Origin: Eledone cirrhosa | Lineage: Eukaryota | Length of the DNA: 64,000 nt | Reading direction: 5' to 3' | Assembly: GCA_964016885.1 (NCBI GenBank) | Contig: OZ024765.1 | Coordinates: 23,126,001 to 23,190,000, forward strand | Part shown: one piece after another, positions 12,119 to 27,455 of the stretch | How the letters are laid out: each line of letters opens with the position of its first letter | Numbering within the stretch: the first letter of the stretch is position 1 | Notes under the pieces: model-generated | What the model was told of the DNA's origin: nothing | The model's input: the letters and a program-made list of their open reading frames with translations, nothing else | Database searches by the model: none | Program-made: the position numbers and the translations under genes

Positions 12119-13895
12119 TGTTTCTTTTATTTGCCACTAGGGCATCAAAAGTGGGACAAGTACAAAGGGGGGAGTTTACACAAAAAGGCGTCCTCAATAA
12201 GGAGGAGGCAATAACAAAATATAAAAATAAAATAAGATATAACAAAAAATAAAATTTTTAACAAAATCCTCAATAGAGAGGAGGCGCCTTGGGGGGTCGC
12301 ACACACCCCCGAAAAAAGTGTGCAACCCTTCTCCTCAGGAGCACAGAGAAGGGGTGCTCCCTTGGTCTTTCATCTTCCTCACCTATAGTCTGATGTAGAG
12401 TGAAGGCCCATTCACACGGGCCATTCTCGCCACTTTCACCCATCTTTCATAGAAACGGCTGGGGTGCAGCACCTCTCTCTCCATCCTGATCCTTCTTCCG
12501 AAATGATATCGGAAGAAACGGACCAGTTGTTGGCCAGAGAGAAAGGTGCCTGACCTCAGTCCTTTCAGACGCGTCCACCATACAACCTCTTTCGCCATGG
12601 CTATTACGCACAGAAACACCGCCTCTGCTTCATCTTTGAAGGGGGGAGGCGGCTTGATCATTACAATAGACTCGGTGGTCAACCGGATCGGTCCCACCCT
12701 TGACAGCAGTTGTTCGACATAGCCCCACAGATCGGCTGCGCCCGAGCAGTGTACCAATGCGTGTGCAACGGTTTCCTCGTCGCACACGCATCTGGGACAG
12801 ATCTTTTTGGCGGGGTCCCTACCCGGGCGCCCGTGTCTGTAGAGCCTTTCTCGAACGGGTAAAGCCCCTCGGTAGCACTGCCAGGCCAGGGACTTCTGGA
12901 AGTTGTCCATAGGTCCCGGGCTGAATGTCCTACCGAACAGGCTGGCCAGTTCGTCCTCCTCCATGTCTAGGGCTTCTCCGAGGGCGTCGTCGCACCTGCT
13001 GCGTACCAGCCCTCTATAGAATGTTGCGGTGGAGTCTCCACTGATAACCGGATCCGCCTGCCAGAGGGCGGTGAGCGCCTGGGCACACTCAGTGTGCCAG
13101 GCGCCCAGTTTTCTCGGTCTTTGCTTGACCCAGGATTGCAGCTCGGTGAGTGAGACGAGTCTGGGAAAGGTTCGTCTCACAAACGAGGCCCACACCGGTT
13201 GTCCGGTGAGGAATACGTAGAGGTGCCATAGCCTTAATGCTTGTTTACGCATCATTAGCCACGGCATCCCCAGCCCTCCTTTCGAAGGGTGTTGACAGCA
13301 GATGGATCTCCTCACCATAGGAGCCCGCCTCTTCCAAAGGAATTGGAAGAGCGCGCGCTCCATCTTGGTGAGGGTTTCCCTTGGGCAGGGCACTACGGTC
13401 AGGCGGTAGTAGATGACGGACGCTATGTAGGTGTTCGCCACCTCCGCCCGACCTTTCAGGGATAGTTTGCAACTGGCCCACTTCTGGGTCAGTGCAAACA
13501 CCCTGTTCGTAACCTCCGCCCAGTTTTTCTCCACCTGGAGGTCCGGTCCGAACCAGACCCCGAGCAACTTCACCGGGCCCTCCGTCCAGCGTCCGACGAC
13601 GCCATCGGAGGGCATCGGTCTGCCCCTCCACGTGCCGAGTTGCAAACCGATCGACTTGTCCCGGTTCAGCTTAGCCCCTGTGAACTTTTCGTACTCCTCC
13701 AGTAAGGTGCCGACCGCCTCGATTTCGGAGGCCGTCGACACCATTACTGTCACGTCATCGGCGTAGGCCGACACCGCTTTCCGCAATCCCGGTTCCAAAG
13801 GGATGCCCTGCAACAACTCCAACTTCCGCAGTAGTGGCTCGAGAGTCAACACATACAGAAGGGAGGAGAGAGGGCACCCTTGTCGGATGGACCGC
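12119..13895 (-). mobile_element. 5'-truncated Tx1-like (L1 group) LINE with uninterrupted ORF2 3' part
   Basis: RQGCPLS, YADD, K.GLG and CPRC...ETVAHALVHC zinc knuckle. Stop at 12383; 3' end AATAAAAGAAACA runs into (TA)n. Confidence 0.9.
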
Positions 13896-13927
13896 AGATA
13901 TATATATATATGTATATATATATATTT

Positions 13928-15325
13928 GCAATGAGTATAGCGAGGAATTTAGCGTACAGGTTGGGGTCCACCAGGGCTCTGTTCTTAGCCCTCTCCTGTT
14001 CATCATAGTCCTGCAGGCAATAACGGAGGAGTTTAAGACCGGATGCCCATGGGAACTCCTGTATGCTGATGACCTCGCACTCATAGCTGAATCTATGGTA
14101 GAACTAGAGAATAAATTCCAAACCTGGAAGCAGGGACTAGAGAGAAAGGGCCTCAAAGTCAACATGACAAAGACTAAGGTCCTTATAAGTAGACGAGAAA
14201 ACAGAACCCAGATCCCCTCAGGGAAATGGCCTTGCTCAGTATGTAGGAAAGGTGTAGGTAGGAACTCTATTCTTTGCCCCAAATGCAAACAATGGGTACA
14301 CAAGAGATGTAGCGGGATCTCAGGAAGCTTAATTAAGAATGTAGGATTCACATGCAGCAGCTGTGCTGAAACAGCAAGCAAACAGCCACAGGAAACAAGT
14401 ACCACCAATCTCTGGGAGGGCCCTGTAGAAACAGTAGACAGCTTCTGCTACCTAGGTGACCGAATTAGCAACGGAGGTGGGTGCTCAGAAAGTACAATAA
14501 CTAGGGTAAGAACGGGATGGAAGAAGTTTAGGGAACTACTACCACTGCTAGCTGCAAAAGGCTTCTCCCTCAGAATGAAAGGCAGACTGTATGATGCGTG
14601 TATCCGAACAGCGATGTTGCATGGTAGTGAGACCTGGGCGCTGAAGGTGGAAGACTTACGTAGATTAGAGAGAAACGAAGCCTGCATGCTCCGATGGATG
14701 TGTAACAGTAATATACGTGAACGACAAAGCATAAATGAATTGAGAGAGAGACTGAGCATAAGAGGAATCAAATGCTGCGTGCAGGAGAGGCGGTTACGCT
14801 GGTATGGACATGTGATGCGTATGAAGGATGACAGCTGCATAAAAAGGTGCAGAGCACTAGAAGTTGATGGAAACCGCGGAGTGGGGAGACCCAAGATGAC
14901 TTGGGATGAGGTGATAAAAGCCGACCTTACCCAACTACACCTCTCAAAGTCAATGACACACGACCGTGACTTCTGGCGTCACGCAGTAATACAGGGTACC
15001 CGACCTCCCATGGGTACATGCTGAAGCATATAAACAATATGCCCCCCCCCCCCCACCGCAAGGTGGTCGTGGAGGTGCCACGGCAAAAAAGCACCCAGCC
15101 CACACTGTAAAGTGGACGTGTAGGCGCCACGAAAAAGCACCCAGCACTCACTGTAAATGAGGTTGGTGTTAGGAAGGGCATCCAGCTGTAGAAATCAAGC
15201 CAGATCAGTTCCTGTATGAGCAAGGCATGGTCAGCCGACCAGACACTGCCCACAACAGGACAACCCGTCTAACCCATGCTAGCGTGGAAGAACGGACGTA
15301 AAACGGTGATGATGATGATGATGAT
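13928..15325 (+). mobile_element. 5'-truncated RTE LINE (subfamily A), open RT/C-terminal frame
   Basis: GVHQGSVLSPLLF, YADD, CSVC/CPKC finger, RRLRWYGHV. Stop at 15024, then 3' UTR and (GAT)n tail. Confidence 0.93.
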
Positions 15326-15783
15326 ATATATTTGTATATATATATATATTTGTAAATATATATATATATTTGTAAATATATATATATATTTGTATATATA
15401 TATATATATTTGTATATATATATATATATTTGTATATATATATATATATATTTGTATATATATATATATATATTTGTAAATATATATATATATTTGTATA
15501 TATATATATATATTTGTAAATATATATATATTTGTATATATATATATATATTTGTATAATCAATTAAGTTAAAGATGTACATCCATATATGTATACTGAA
15601 ATACTAGTATGTATATGAATACACACACGTATACATATGTAGGTGTACCAAGTTTTTTCATTGGTCACTTTACTGTGAGTGGCCAGCTATTCTGTATGTA
15701 AACACACAGACAAACCGGTTTTTAGAGTCATACTGGTTTTTGAGGAAACACCTCTCCTCTATTCTCCAGAAAGCCAGACAAGG

Positions 15784-15828
15784 AATATTGAACTAGTTTC
15801 GTTGTTGTTACAACTCATCAGCAATATT
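15784..15828 (-). ncRNA. Type I hammerhead ribozyme
   Basis: Reverse complement of aatattg-CTGATGA-gttgtaacaacaac-GAAA-ctag-TT-caatatt. Confidence 0.88.
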
Positions 15829-16250
15829 TACCTATCTTCCGGCCTCTCTAGAGAATCGTAAAAGCACATATCGTTATATGCTTTTTCTATGAAAATTAGT
15901 AGTGGGCAGACTAATTTGCATAGAGTGTGAGTAAGTACCGGTTCAACGGAGACGATAAAAACAAATAACGAAACGAAATTAAATTTCGTTTCGTTTGTAA
16001 CTCACTTTTGTATGACTGACGCTTAAACAATTAAGTTAAAGATGTACATCCATATATGTATACTGAAATACTAGTATGTATATGAATACACACACGTATA
16101 CATATGTAGGTGTACCAAGTTTTTTCATTGGTCACTTTACTGTGAGTGGCCAGCTATTCTGTATGTAAACACACAGACAAACCGGTTTTTAGAGTCATAC
16201 TGGTTTTTGAGGAAACACCTCTCCTCTATTCTCCAGAAAGCCAGACAAGG

Positions 16251-16295
16251 AATATTGAACTAGTTTCGTTGTTGTTACAACTCATCAGCAATATT
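16251..16295 (-). ncRNA. Type I hammerhead ribozyme
   Basis: Identical copy, 467 bp further on. Confidence 0.88.
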
Positions 16296-16760
16296 TACCT
16301 ATCTTCCGGCCTCTCTAGAGAATCGTAAAAGCACATATCGTTATATGCTTTTTCTATGAAAATTAGTAGTGGGCAGACTAATTTGCATAGAGTGTGAGTA
16401 AGTACCGGTTCAACGGAGACGATAAAAACAAATAACGAAACGAAATTAAATTTCGTTTCGTTTGTAACTCACTTTTGTATGACTGACGCTTAAACAATTA
16501 AGTTAAAGATGTACATCCATATATGTATACTGAAATACTAGTATGTATATGAATACACACACGTATACATATGTAGGTGTACCAAGTTTTTTCATTGGTC
16601 ACTTTACTGTGAGTGGCCAGCTATTCTGTATGTAAACACACAGACAAACCGGTTTTTAGAGTCATACTGGTTTTTGAGGAAACACCTCTCCTCTATTCTC
16701 CAGAAAGCCAGACAACGATATGTGCTTTTACGATTCTCTAGAGAGGCCGGAAGATAGGTA

Positions 16761-16805
16761 AATATTGCTGATGAGTTGTAACAACAACGAAACTAGTTCA
16801 ATATT
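16761..16805 (+). ncRNA. Type I hammerhead ribozyme
   Basis: 7-bp helix I aatattg/caatatt, CTGATGA 16768-16774, helix II gttg/caac, GAAA 16789-16792, palindromic aactagtt. Predicted cleavage after GUU at 16798. Confidence 0.88.
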
Positions 16806-17227
16806 CCTTGTCTGGCTTTCTGGAGAATAGAGGAGAGGTGTTTCCTCAAAAACCAGTATGACTCTAAAAACCGGTTTGTCTGTGTGTTTACATACAGAAT
16901 AGCTGGCCACTCACAGTAAAGTGACCAATGAAAAAACTTGGTACACCTACATATGTATACGTGTGTGTATTCATATACATACTAGTATTTCAGTATACAT
17001 ATATGGATGTACATCTTTAACTTAATTGTTTAAGCGTCAGTCATACAAAAGTGAGTTACAAACGAAACGAAATTTAATTTCGTTTCGTTATTTGTTTTTA
17101 TCGTCTCCGTTGAACCGGTACTTACTCACACTCTATGCAAATTAGTCTGCCCACTACTAATTTTCATAGAAAAAGCATATAACGATATGTGCTTTTACGA
17201 TTCTCTAGAGAGGCCGGAAGATAGGTA

Positions 17228-17272
17228 AATATTGCTGATGAGTTGTAACAACAACGAAACTAGTTCAATATT
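17228..17272 (+). ncRNA. Type I hammerhead ribozyme
   Basis: Identical copy. Confidence 0.88.
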
Positions 17273-17694
17273 CCTTGTCTGGCTTTCTGGAGAATAGAGG
17301 AGAGGTGTTTCCTCAAAAACCAGTATGACTCTAAAAACCGGTTTGTCTGTGTGTTTACATACAGAATAGCTGGCCACTCACAGTAAAGTGACCAATGAAA
17401 AAACTTGGTACACCTACATATGTATACGTGTGTGTATTCATATACATACTAGTATTTCAGTATACATATATGGATGTACATCTTTAACTTAATTGTTTAA
17501 GCGTCAGTCATACAAAAGTGAGTTACAAACGAAACGAAATTTAATTTCGTTTCGTTATTTGTTTTTATCGTCTCCGTTGAACCGGTACTTACTCACACTC
17601 TATGCAAATTAGTCTGCCCACTACTAATTTTCATAGAAAAAGCATATAACGATATGTGCTTTTACGATTCTCTAGAGAGGCCGGAAGATAGGTA

Positions 17695-17739
17695 AATATT
17701 GCTGATGAGTTGTAACAACAACGAAACTAGTTCAATATT
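17695..17739 (+). ncRNA. Type I hammerhead ribozyme
   Basis: Identical copy. Confidence 0.88.
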
Positions 17740-18161
17740 CCTTGTCTGGCTTTCTGGAGAATAGAGGAGAGGTGTTTCCTCAAAAACCAGTATGACTCTA
17801 AAAACCGGTTTGTCTGTGTGTTTACATACAGAATAGCTGGCCACTCACAGTAAAGTGACCAATGAAAAAACTTGGTACACCTACATATGTATACGTGTGT
17901 GTATTCATATACATACTAGTATTTCAGTATACATATATGGATGTACATCTTTAACTTAATTGTTTAAGCGTCAGTCATACAAAAGTGAGTTACAAACGAA
18001 ACGAAATTTAATTTCGTTTCGTTATTTGTTTTTATCGTCTCCGTTGAACCGGTACTTACTCACACTCTATGCAAATTAGTCTGCCCACTACTAATTTTCA
18101 TAGAAAAAGCATATAACGATATGTGCTTTTACGATTCTCTAGAGAGGCCGGAAGATAGGTA

Positions 18162-18206
18162 AATATTGCTGATGAGTTGTAACAACAACGAAACTAGTTC
18201 AATATT
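18162..18206 (+). ncRNA. Type I hammerhead ribozyme
   Basis: Identical copy. Confidence 0.88.
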
Positions 18207-18545
18207 CCTTGTCTGGCTTTCTGGAGAATAGAGGAGAGGTGTTTCCTCAAAAACCAGTATGACTCTAAAAACCGGTTTGTCTGTGTGTTTACATACAGAA
18301 TAGCTGGCCACTCACAGTAAAGTGACCAATGAAAAAACTTGGTACACCTACATATGTATACGTGTGTGTATTCATATACATACTAGTATTTCAGTATACA
18401 TATATGGATGTACATCTTTAACTTAATTGTTTAAGCGTCAGTCATACAAAAGTGAGTTACAAACGAAACGAAATTTAATTTCGTTTCGTTATTTGTTTTT
18501 ATATTTGTATATATATATATATATTTGTATATATATATATATATT

Positions 18546-18592
<47 letters not shown>

Positions 18593-18659
18593 ATATATAT
18601 TTGTATATATATATATTTGTATATATATATATATTTGTATATATATATATATATATTTG

Positions 18660-18692
<33 letters not shown>

Positions 18693-18699
18693 ATATTTG

Positions 18700-18730
<31 letters not shown>

Positions 18731-18755
18731 ATATTTATATATTTATATATATATT

Positions 18756-18897
<142 letters not shown>

Positions 18898-19105
18898 TAT
18901 ATATATATATGTATATATATATATATTTGTATATATATATATTTGTATATATAAATATTTACACATACACCAATTAAAGAAAGTCACAGGTATATATGTC
19001 TTTTAGCAACTTTTCACAATGTGGCTCCATGGAGAATTAATAAATTAATCAGAGCGAAATACTATAGAGTAAAGCATGTCCAGAGAATTATTTGATAATA
19101 TATAT

Positions 19106-19446
19106 GGAGGCACATGACTTAGTGGTTAGAGCATTGGCCTTGCAATCGAAAGGTTGTAAGTTCAATTCTCAGACCGGGTGATGTGTTGTTTCCTTGAGCA
19201 AGACACTTTATTTCACATTGCTCCAGCTTACTCAGCTGTAGAAATGAGATGATAGGGACTGGGGTCCACATCATTCCACTGCAAAGTGGTCGTGGAGGTG
19301 CCACGGCAAAAAAAGCACCCAGCACTCACTGTAAATGAGGTTGTTAGGAAGGGCATCCAGCTGTAGAAATCAAGCCAGAATCAGTTCCCGTCCCACCCTT
19401 GCAAGCAGGGAAAAGCGGACGTAAAATGAAATGATGATGATGATGA
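19106..19446 (+). mobile_element. CORE-SINE copy
   Basis: Full-length member of the same family. Confidence 0.9.
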
Positions 19447-19617
19447 TATACATCATCTCTACTCCCAATCAGCATAATTAACCACACAAAAAATCAATTA
19501 GACCAGGCTATAAGAATAAAAGGCATCTATGAAGAAACAGTAAATAAATACGCCAAGCGGCGTCTTCGCGTGCAACCGCTATAGAATATTTACCCAACAT
19601 TTCAACAGCACGTGGAA

Positions 19618-20146
<529 letters not shown>

Positions 20147-20652
20147 AAGGAAAACTCTGATATAACACCTGCAACTCTGATGATATCCAACCTGTCAAAG
20201 GGCAAAGGAGCTCTTAAGAGTCAATGGCCATCCAAAATCACCGGGAGAGATGACCCCTTAGCTTTTGTCAAGGCAGAATTCTAGGAGAAGGAAAACTCTG
20301 ATATAACACCTGCAACCCTGATGGTATCCAATGATGTTGACTTGTTCTTCTTTTTGGTAAATATCATCTTAGTTAAGAGAGTGGGACTGGCTTTGTGCAG
20401 TGCCTTTGCTCACTATAAAAGCTTCACGGCACAGGCATTGCTTTATATCTGGAGATCTCTCTGCACTTGTCATCACATGGTACCATGGGCCCAGCACTAT
20501 GTGTCAATAATGGTCACAAGTGTAGTGTTTGTACCAGAGTTTTCAAGTCGCTGGCTGGACTAAAAAGTCACACTCGTTCAGCGCATCGGTGGGGGTTCTC
20601 CTACATGGATATAAAGTAGTGGCCATGCCCGAAAACGAGTTGGCAGCCACCA
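20147..20652 (+). mobile_element. 5'-truncated copy of a bipartite non-autonomous RTE-like element
   Basis: 20201-20652 matches 22531-22992. Starts with a short duplication of an internal segment; (TA)n tail. Confidence 0.7.
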
Positions 20653-20937
20653 TATGTATATATATATGTTTATATCGGAGTTATCCCAGTTTCCTGAGGT
20701 GTCTTCTCCTAGAAGAATGCCCTGACAAAGGCTCAGTAGTTACCGATGATGTTGATCTTTTCTTCTTTTCGGGTTATAGCTACTGTCGCTCAGAGAGTGG
20801 GATTGGCTCAGTGCACAGTCTTTCCTCACTCTAAAAAGAATCTTCACACACAGGCATTGCACGATAGAATTAATTAATAATTATTAATAATGTTATATCG
20901 TGCAATGGCCATACTCGATAACGAGGGGGCAGCCATC

Positions 20938-21554
20938 ATATATGTATGTATATATATATATATGTATGTATATATATATATATGTATGTATATATATATA
21001 TGTGTATATATATATATATATATATGTATGTATATATATATATATATGTATGTATGTATATATATATATATATGTATGTATATATATATATATGTATGTA
21101 TATATATATATATATATGTATGTATATATATATATATATGTATGTATATATATATATGTATGTATGTATGTATATGTATATATATATATATATGTATGTA
21201 TATGTATATATATATATATATGTATGTATATGTATATATATATGTATGTATATGTATATATATATATATGTATGTATATGTATATATATATATGTATGTA
21301 TATGTATATATATATATGTATGTATATGTATATATATATATGTATGTATGTATGTATATATATATATGTATGTATGTATGTGTATATATATATGTATGTA
21401 TGTATATGTATATATATATATGTATGTATATGTATATATATACATGTATGTATGTATGTATGTATATGTATGTATGTATATGTATATATGTATGTATGTA
21501 TATGTATGTATGTATATGTATATATGTATGTATATATATATATGTATGTATATG

Positions 21555-21589
<35 letters not shown>

Positions 21590-21592
21590 ATG

Positions 21593-21661
<69 letters not shown>

Positions 21662-21690
21662 ATATATATATATATATATATGTATGTAAG

Positions 21691-21723
<33 letters not shown>

Positions 21724-21752
21724 ATATATATATATATATATATGTATGTAAG

Positions 21753-21785
<33 letters not shown>

Positions 21786-21808
21786 GTATATATATATGTA
21801 TGTATATG

Positions 21809-21839
<31 letters not shown>

Positions 21840-21892
21840 ATGTATATATATATATGTATGTATGTATATGTATATATATATATGTATGTATG

Positions 21893-21929
<37 letters not shown>

Positions 21930-22030
21930 ATGTATGTATGTATGTATATATATATATGTATGTATATATATATGTATGTATGTATATATATATATATATA
22001 TGTATGTATATATATATATATGTATGTATG

Positions 22031-22061
<31 letters not shown>

Positions 22062-22102
22062 ATATATATATATGTATGTATGTATATATATATATATGTA
22101 TG

Positions 22103-22141
<39 letters not shown>

Positions 22142-22170
22142 ATATATATGTATGTATATATATATGTATG

Positions 22171-22257
<87 letters not shown>

Positions 22258-22386
22258 ATATATATGTATGTATATATATATGTATATATATATGTATGTA
22301 TATGTATGTATATATATATGTATGTATATATATATGTATGTATATATATATGTATGTATATATATATGTATATATATATGTATATG
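20938..22386. repeat. 1.45-kb (TA/TATG)n tract
   Basis: Simple repeat, directly after a ggcagccatca element tail. Confidence 0.97.
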
Positions 22387-22387
22387 T

Positions 22388-22992
22388 CAGGTCACCAGTT
22401 GGTGCTACTGGTAACATGTATCCCAGTACAACCTGACTCATGGTCGGGTCGTTGGCGACTAAACTGGCAACCCCACCAAGGTTTCTTGGTGAGGAGGGTG
22501 ACTTTGGACATCCTGCAGGAATAAAAACAAAACCTGTCAAAGGGCAAAGGAGCTCTTAAGAGTCAATGGCCATCCAAAATCACCGGGAGGGATGACCCCT
22601 TAGCCTTTGTCAAGGCAGAATTCTAGGAGAAGGAAAACTCTGATATAACACCTGCAGCCCTGATGGTATCCAATGATGTTGACTTGTTCTTCTTTTTGGT
22701 AAATATCATCTTGGTTAAGAGAGTGGGGCTGGCTTTGTGCAGTGCCTTTGCTCACTATAAAAACTTCACGGCACAGGCATTGCTTTATATCTGGAGATCT
22801 CTCTGCACTTGTCGTCACAAGGTACCATGGGCCCAGCTCTGTGTCAATAATTGTCACAGGTGTAGTGTTTGTACCAGAGTTTTCAAGTCGCTGGCTGGAC
22901 TAAAAAGTCACACTCGTTCAGTGCATCTGTAGGGGTTCTCCTACATGGATATAAAGTAGTGGCCGTACTCGAAAACGAGTTGGCAGCCACCA
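22388..22992 (+). mobile_element. Bipartite non-autonomous RTE-like element (5' UTR joined to 3' end), about 600 bp
   Basis: ctaggagaaggaaaactctga motif as recalled from RTE 5' UTRs. C-terminal C2H2 remnant [22 protein letters not shown]; tail ggcagccacca(TA)n; no RT. Confidence 0.7.
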
Positions 22993-23056
22993 TATATATA
23001 TATGTATATATATATATGTATGTATATATATATGTATATATATATGTATGTATATA

Positions 23057-23089
<33 letters not shown>

Positions 23090-23237
23090 GTAAGTATGTA
23101 TATATATATATGTATGTATATATATATGTATGTATATATATATATATGTATATATATATATGTATATATATATATGTATGTATATATATATATATGTATG
23201 TATATATATATGTATGTATATATATATATATGTATGT

Positions 23238-23271
<34 letters not shown>

Positions 23272-23293
23272 GTATATATATATATATGTATGT

Positions 23294-23334
<41 letters not shown>

Positions 23335-23502
23335 TGTATGTATGTATGTATATATATGTATGTATGTATATATATGTATGTATGTATATATATATATATG
23401 TATGTATGTATATATGTATGTATGTATATATATATGTATGTATGTATATATATATATATGTATGTATGTATATATATATGTATGTATGTATATATATATA
23501 TG

Positions 23503-23559
<57 letters not shown>

Positions 23560-23572
23560 ATATATATATATG

Positions 23573-23604
<32 letters not shown>

Positions 23605-23610
23605 TATATG

Positions 23611-23683
<73 letters not shown>

Positions 23684-23760
23684 GTATATATATGTATGTA
23701 TGTATGTATATATATATATGTATGTATGTATATATATATATGTATGTATGTATATATATG

Positions 23761-23792
<32 letters not shown>

Positions 23793-23836
23793 TATATATG
23801 TATGTATATATATATATATATGTATGTATGTATATG

Positions 23837-23867
<31 letters not shown>

Positions 23868-23896
23868 ATATATATATATATGTATGTATGTATATG

Positions 23897-23927
<31 letters not shown>

Positions 23928-23930
23928 ATG

Positions 23931-23961
<31 letters not shown>

Positions 23962-23997
23962 ATGTATATATATATATATATATGTATGTATATGTAT

Positions 23998-24029
<32 letters not shown>

Positions 24030-24100
24030 GTATGTATGTATATGTATATATATGTATGTATGTATATGTATATATATATATATATATATGTATGTATATG

Positions 24101-24133
<33 letters not shown>

Positions 24134-24134
24134 G

Positions 24135-24197
<63 letters not shown>

Positions 24198-24285
24198 TAT
24201 ATATATATGTATGTATGTATATGTATATATATATATATATGTATGTATGTATATGTATATATATATATATGTATGTATGTATATG

Positions 24286-24316
<31 letters not shown>

Positions 24317-24434
24317 ATGTATATATATATATATGTATGTATGTATGTATATGTATATATATATATGTATGTATGTATGTATTATATATATATATATGTA
24401 TATGTATATATATATATATGTATGTATGTATATG

Positions 24435-24465
<31 letters not shown>

Positions 24466-24498
24466 ATGTATATATATATATATGTATGTATGTATATG

Positions 24499-24531
<33 letters not shown>

Positions 24532-24605
24532 ATGTATATATATATATATATATATTATGTATGTATGTATATGTATATATATATATATATGTATGTATGT
24601 ATATG

Positions 24606-24638
<33 letters not shown>

Positions 24639-24641
24639 ATG

Positions 24642-24676
<35 letters not shown>

Positions 24677-24749
24677 ATGTATATATATATATATATGTAT
24701 GTATGTATATGTATATATATATGTATATATATATATATATGTATGTATG

Positions 24750-24834
<85 letters not shown>

Positions 24835-24837
24835 ATG

Positions 24838-24908
<71 letters not shown>

Positions 24909-25597
24909 ATGTATATATATGTATGTATGTATATGTATATATAGTATGTATGTATATGTATATATATATATATGTATGTATGTATATGTATATATATGTA
25001 TGTATGTATATGTATATATATATATATGTATGTATATGTATATGTATATATATGTATGTATGTATATGTATATATATAATATATGTATGTATATGTAATA
25101 TATATATATATATGTATGTATTATATGTATATATATATATATGTATGTATATATATATATATATATGTATGTATATGTATATATATATATATGTATGTAT
25201 ATGTATTATATATATGTATGTATGTATATATATATATATATATATGTATGTATATATATATATATGTATGTATGTATATATATATGTATGTATGTATATA
25301 TATATATATATTATATGTATGTATATATATATATATGTATGTATGTATATATATATATATGTATGTATGTATATATATATATATATGTATGTATATATAT
25401 ATGTATGTATATATATATGTATGTATATATGTATGTATATATATATGTATGTATATATATATGTATATATATGTATGTATATATATATGTATGTATATAT
25501 ATATGTATATATATATGTATGTATATATATATGTATGTATATATATATGTATATATATATGTATGTATATATATATGTATATATATATGTATGTATG

Positions 25598-25628
<31 letters not shown>

Positions 25629-25807
25629 ATATATATATGTATGTATGTATATATATATATGTATGTATATATATATATATGTATGTATATATATATGTAT
25701 GTATGTATATATATATATATGTATGTATATATATATATATGTATGTATATATATATATATGTATGCATATATATATATATGTATGTATGTATATATATGT
25801 ATGTATG

Positions 25808-25895
<88 letters not shown>

Positions 25896-25901
25896 TGTAT
25901 G

Positions 25902-25935
<34 letters not shown>

Positions 25936-26019
25936 TGTATGTATATATATATATATGTATGTATATATATATATATGTATGTATGTATATATATATATAT
26001 GTATGTATGTATATATATG

Positions 26020-26076
<57 letters not shown>

Positions 26077-26077
26077 G

Positions 26078-26148
<71 letters not shown>

Positions 26149-26149
26149 G

Positions 26150-26182
<33 letters not shown>

Positions 26183-26538
26183 ATATATATATATATGTAT
26201 GTATATGTATGTATGTATGTATATATATATATGTATGTATGTATATATATGTATGTATGTATGTATATATATATGTATGTATGTATATATATGTATGTAT
26301 GTATGTATATATATATATGTATGTATGTATATGTATGTATGTATGTATATATATATATGTATGTATGTATATATATATATGTATGTATGTATATATATAT
26401 ATGTATGTATGTATATATATATATGTATGTATGTATATATATATATATATGTATGTATGTATATATATTATATATATGTATGTATGTATATGTATATATA
26501 TATATATATATGTATGTATATGTATATATATATGTATG

Positions 26539-26597
<59 letters not shown>

Positions 26598-26602
26598 GTA
26601 TG

Positions 26603-26645
<43 letters not shown>

Positions 26646-26890
26646 ATGTATATATATATGTATGTATGTATATGTATATATTATATGTATGTATGTATGT
26701 ATATATATATATGTATGTATATATATATATATATGTATGTATGTATATATATATATATATTATGTATATATATATAGTATATGTATATATATATGTATGT
26801 ATATATATATGTATGTATATATATATGTATGTATATATATATGTATGTATATATATATATGTATATATATATTGTATATATATATGTATG

Positions 26891-26921
<31 letters not shown>

Positions 26922-27084
26922 ATATATATATATGTATGTATATGTATGTATGTATGTATATATGTATGTATGTATATATATATATATGTATGTATGTATA
27001 TATATATATATGTATGTATGTATATATATATATATGTATGTATGTATATATATATGTATGTATGTATATATATATGTATGTATG

Positions 27085-27117
<33 letters not shown>

Positions 27118-27424
27118 ATATATATATATGTATGTATATATATATATATGTATGTATGTATATATATATATATGTATGTATGTATATATATATATATGTA
27201 TGTATGTATATATATATATATGTATGTATGTATATATATATATATGTATGTATGTATATATATATATATGTATGTATGTATATATATATATATGTATGTA
27301 TGTATATATATATATATGTATGTATGTATATATATATATATGTATGTATGTATATATATATATATGTATGTATGTATGTATGTATATATATATATATGTA
27401 TGTATGTATATATATGTATGTATG

Positions 27425-27455
<31 letters not shown>

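Larger units (their letters stand above)
15561..18502. mobile_element. Retrozyme-like array: 467-bp monomers, about 2.5 units (-) head to head with about 3.8 units (+)
   Basis: Apparently identical units with period 467. Orientation flips at 16714-16715. Six hammerheads; the same (TA)n-TTTG microsatellite on both flanks. Confidence 0.88.

Noticed and set aside
13834-13927. Fusion ORF joining Tx1 antisense sequence to RTE RT
   Set aside because: Chance read-through across a (TA)n spacer between two independently truncated LINEs.
15679-18311. Repeated 60-aa ORF in the 467-bp unit
   Set aside because: GTG start, no recognisable domain, and antisense to the ribozyme.
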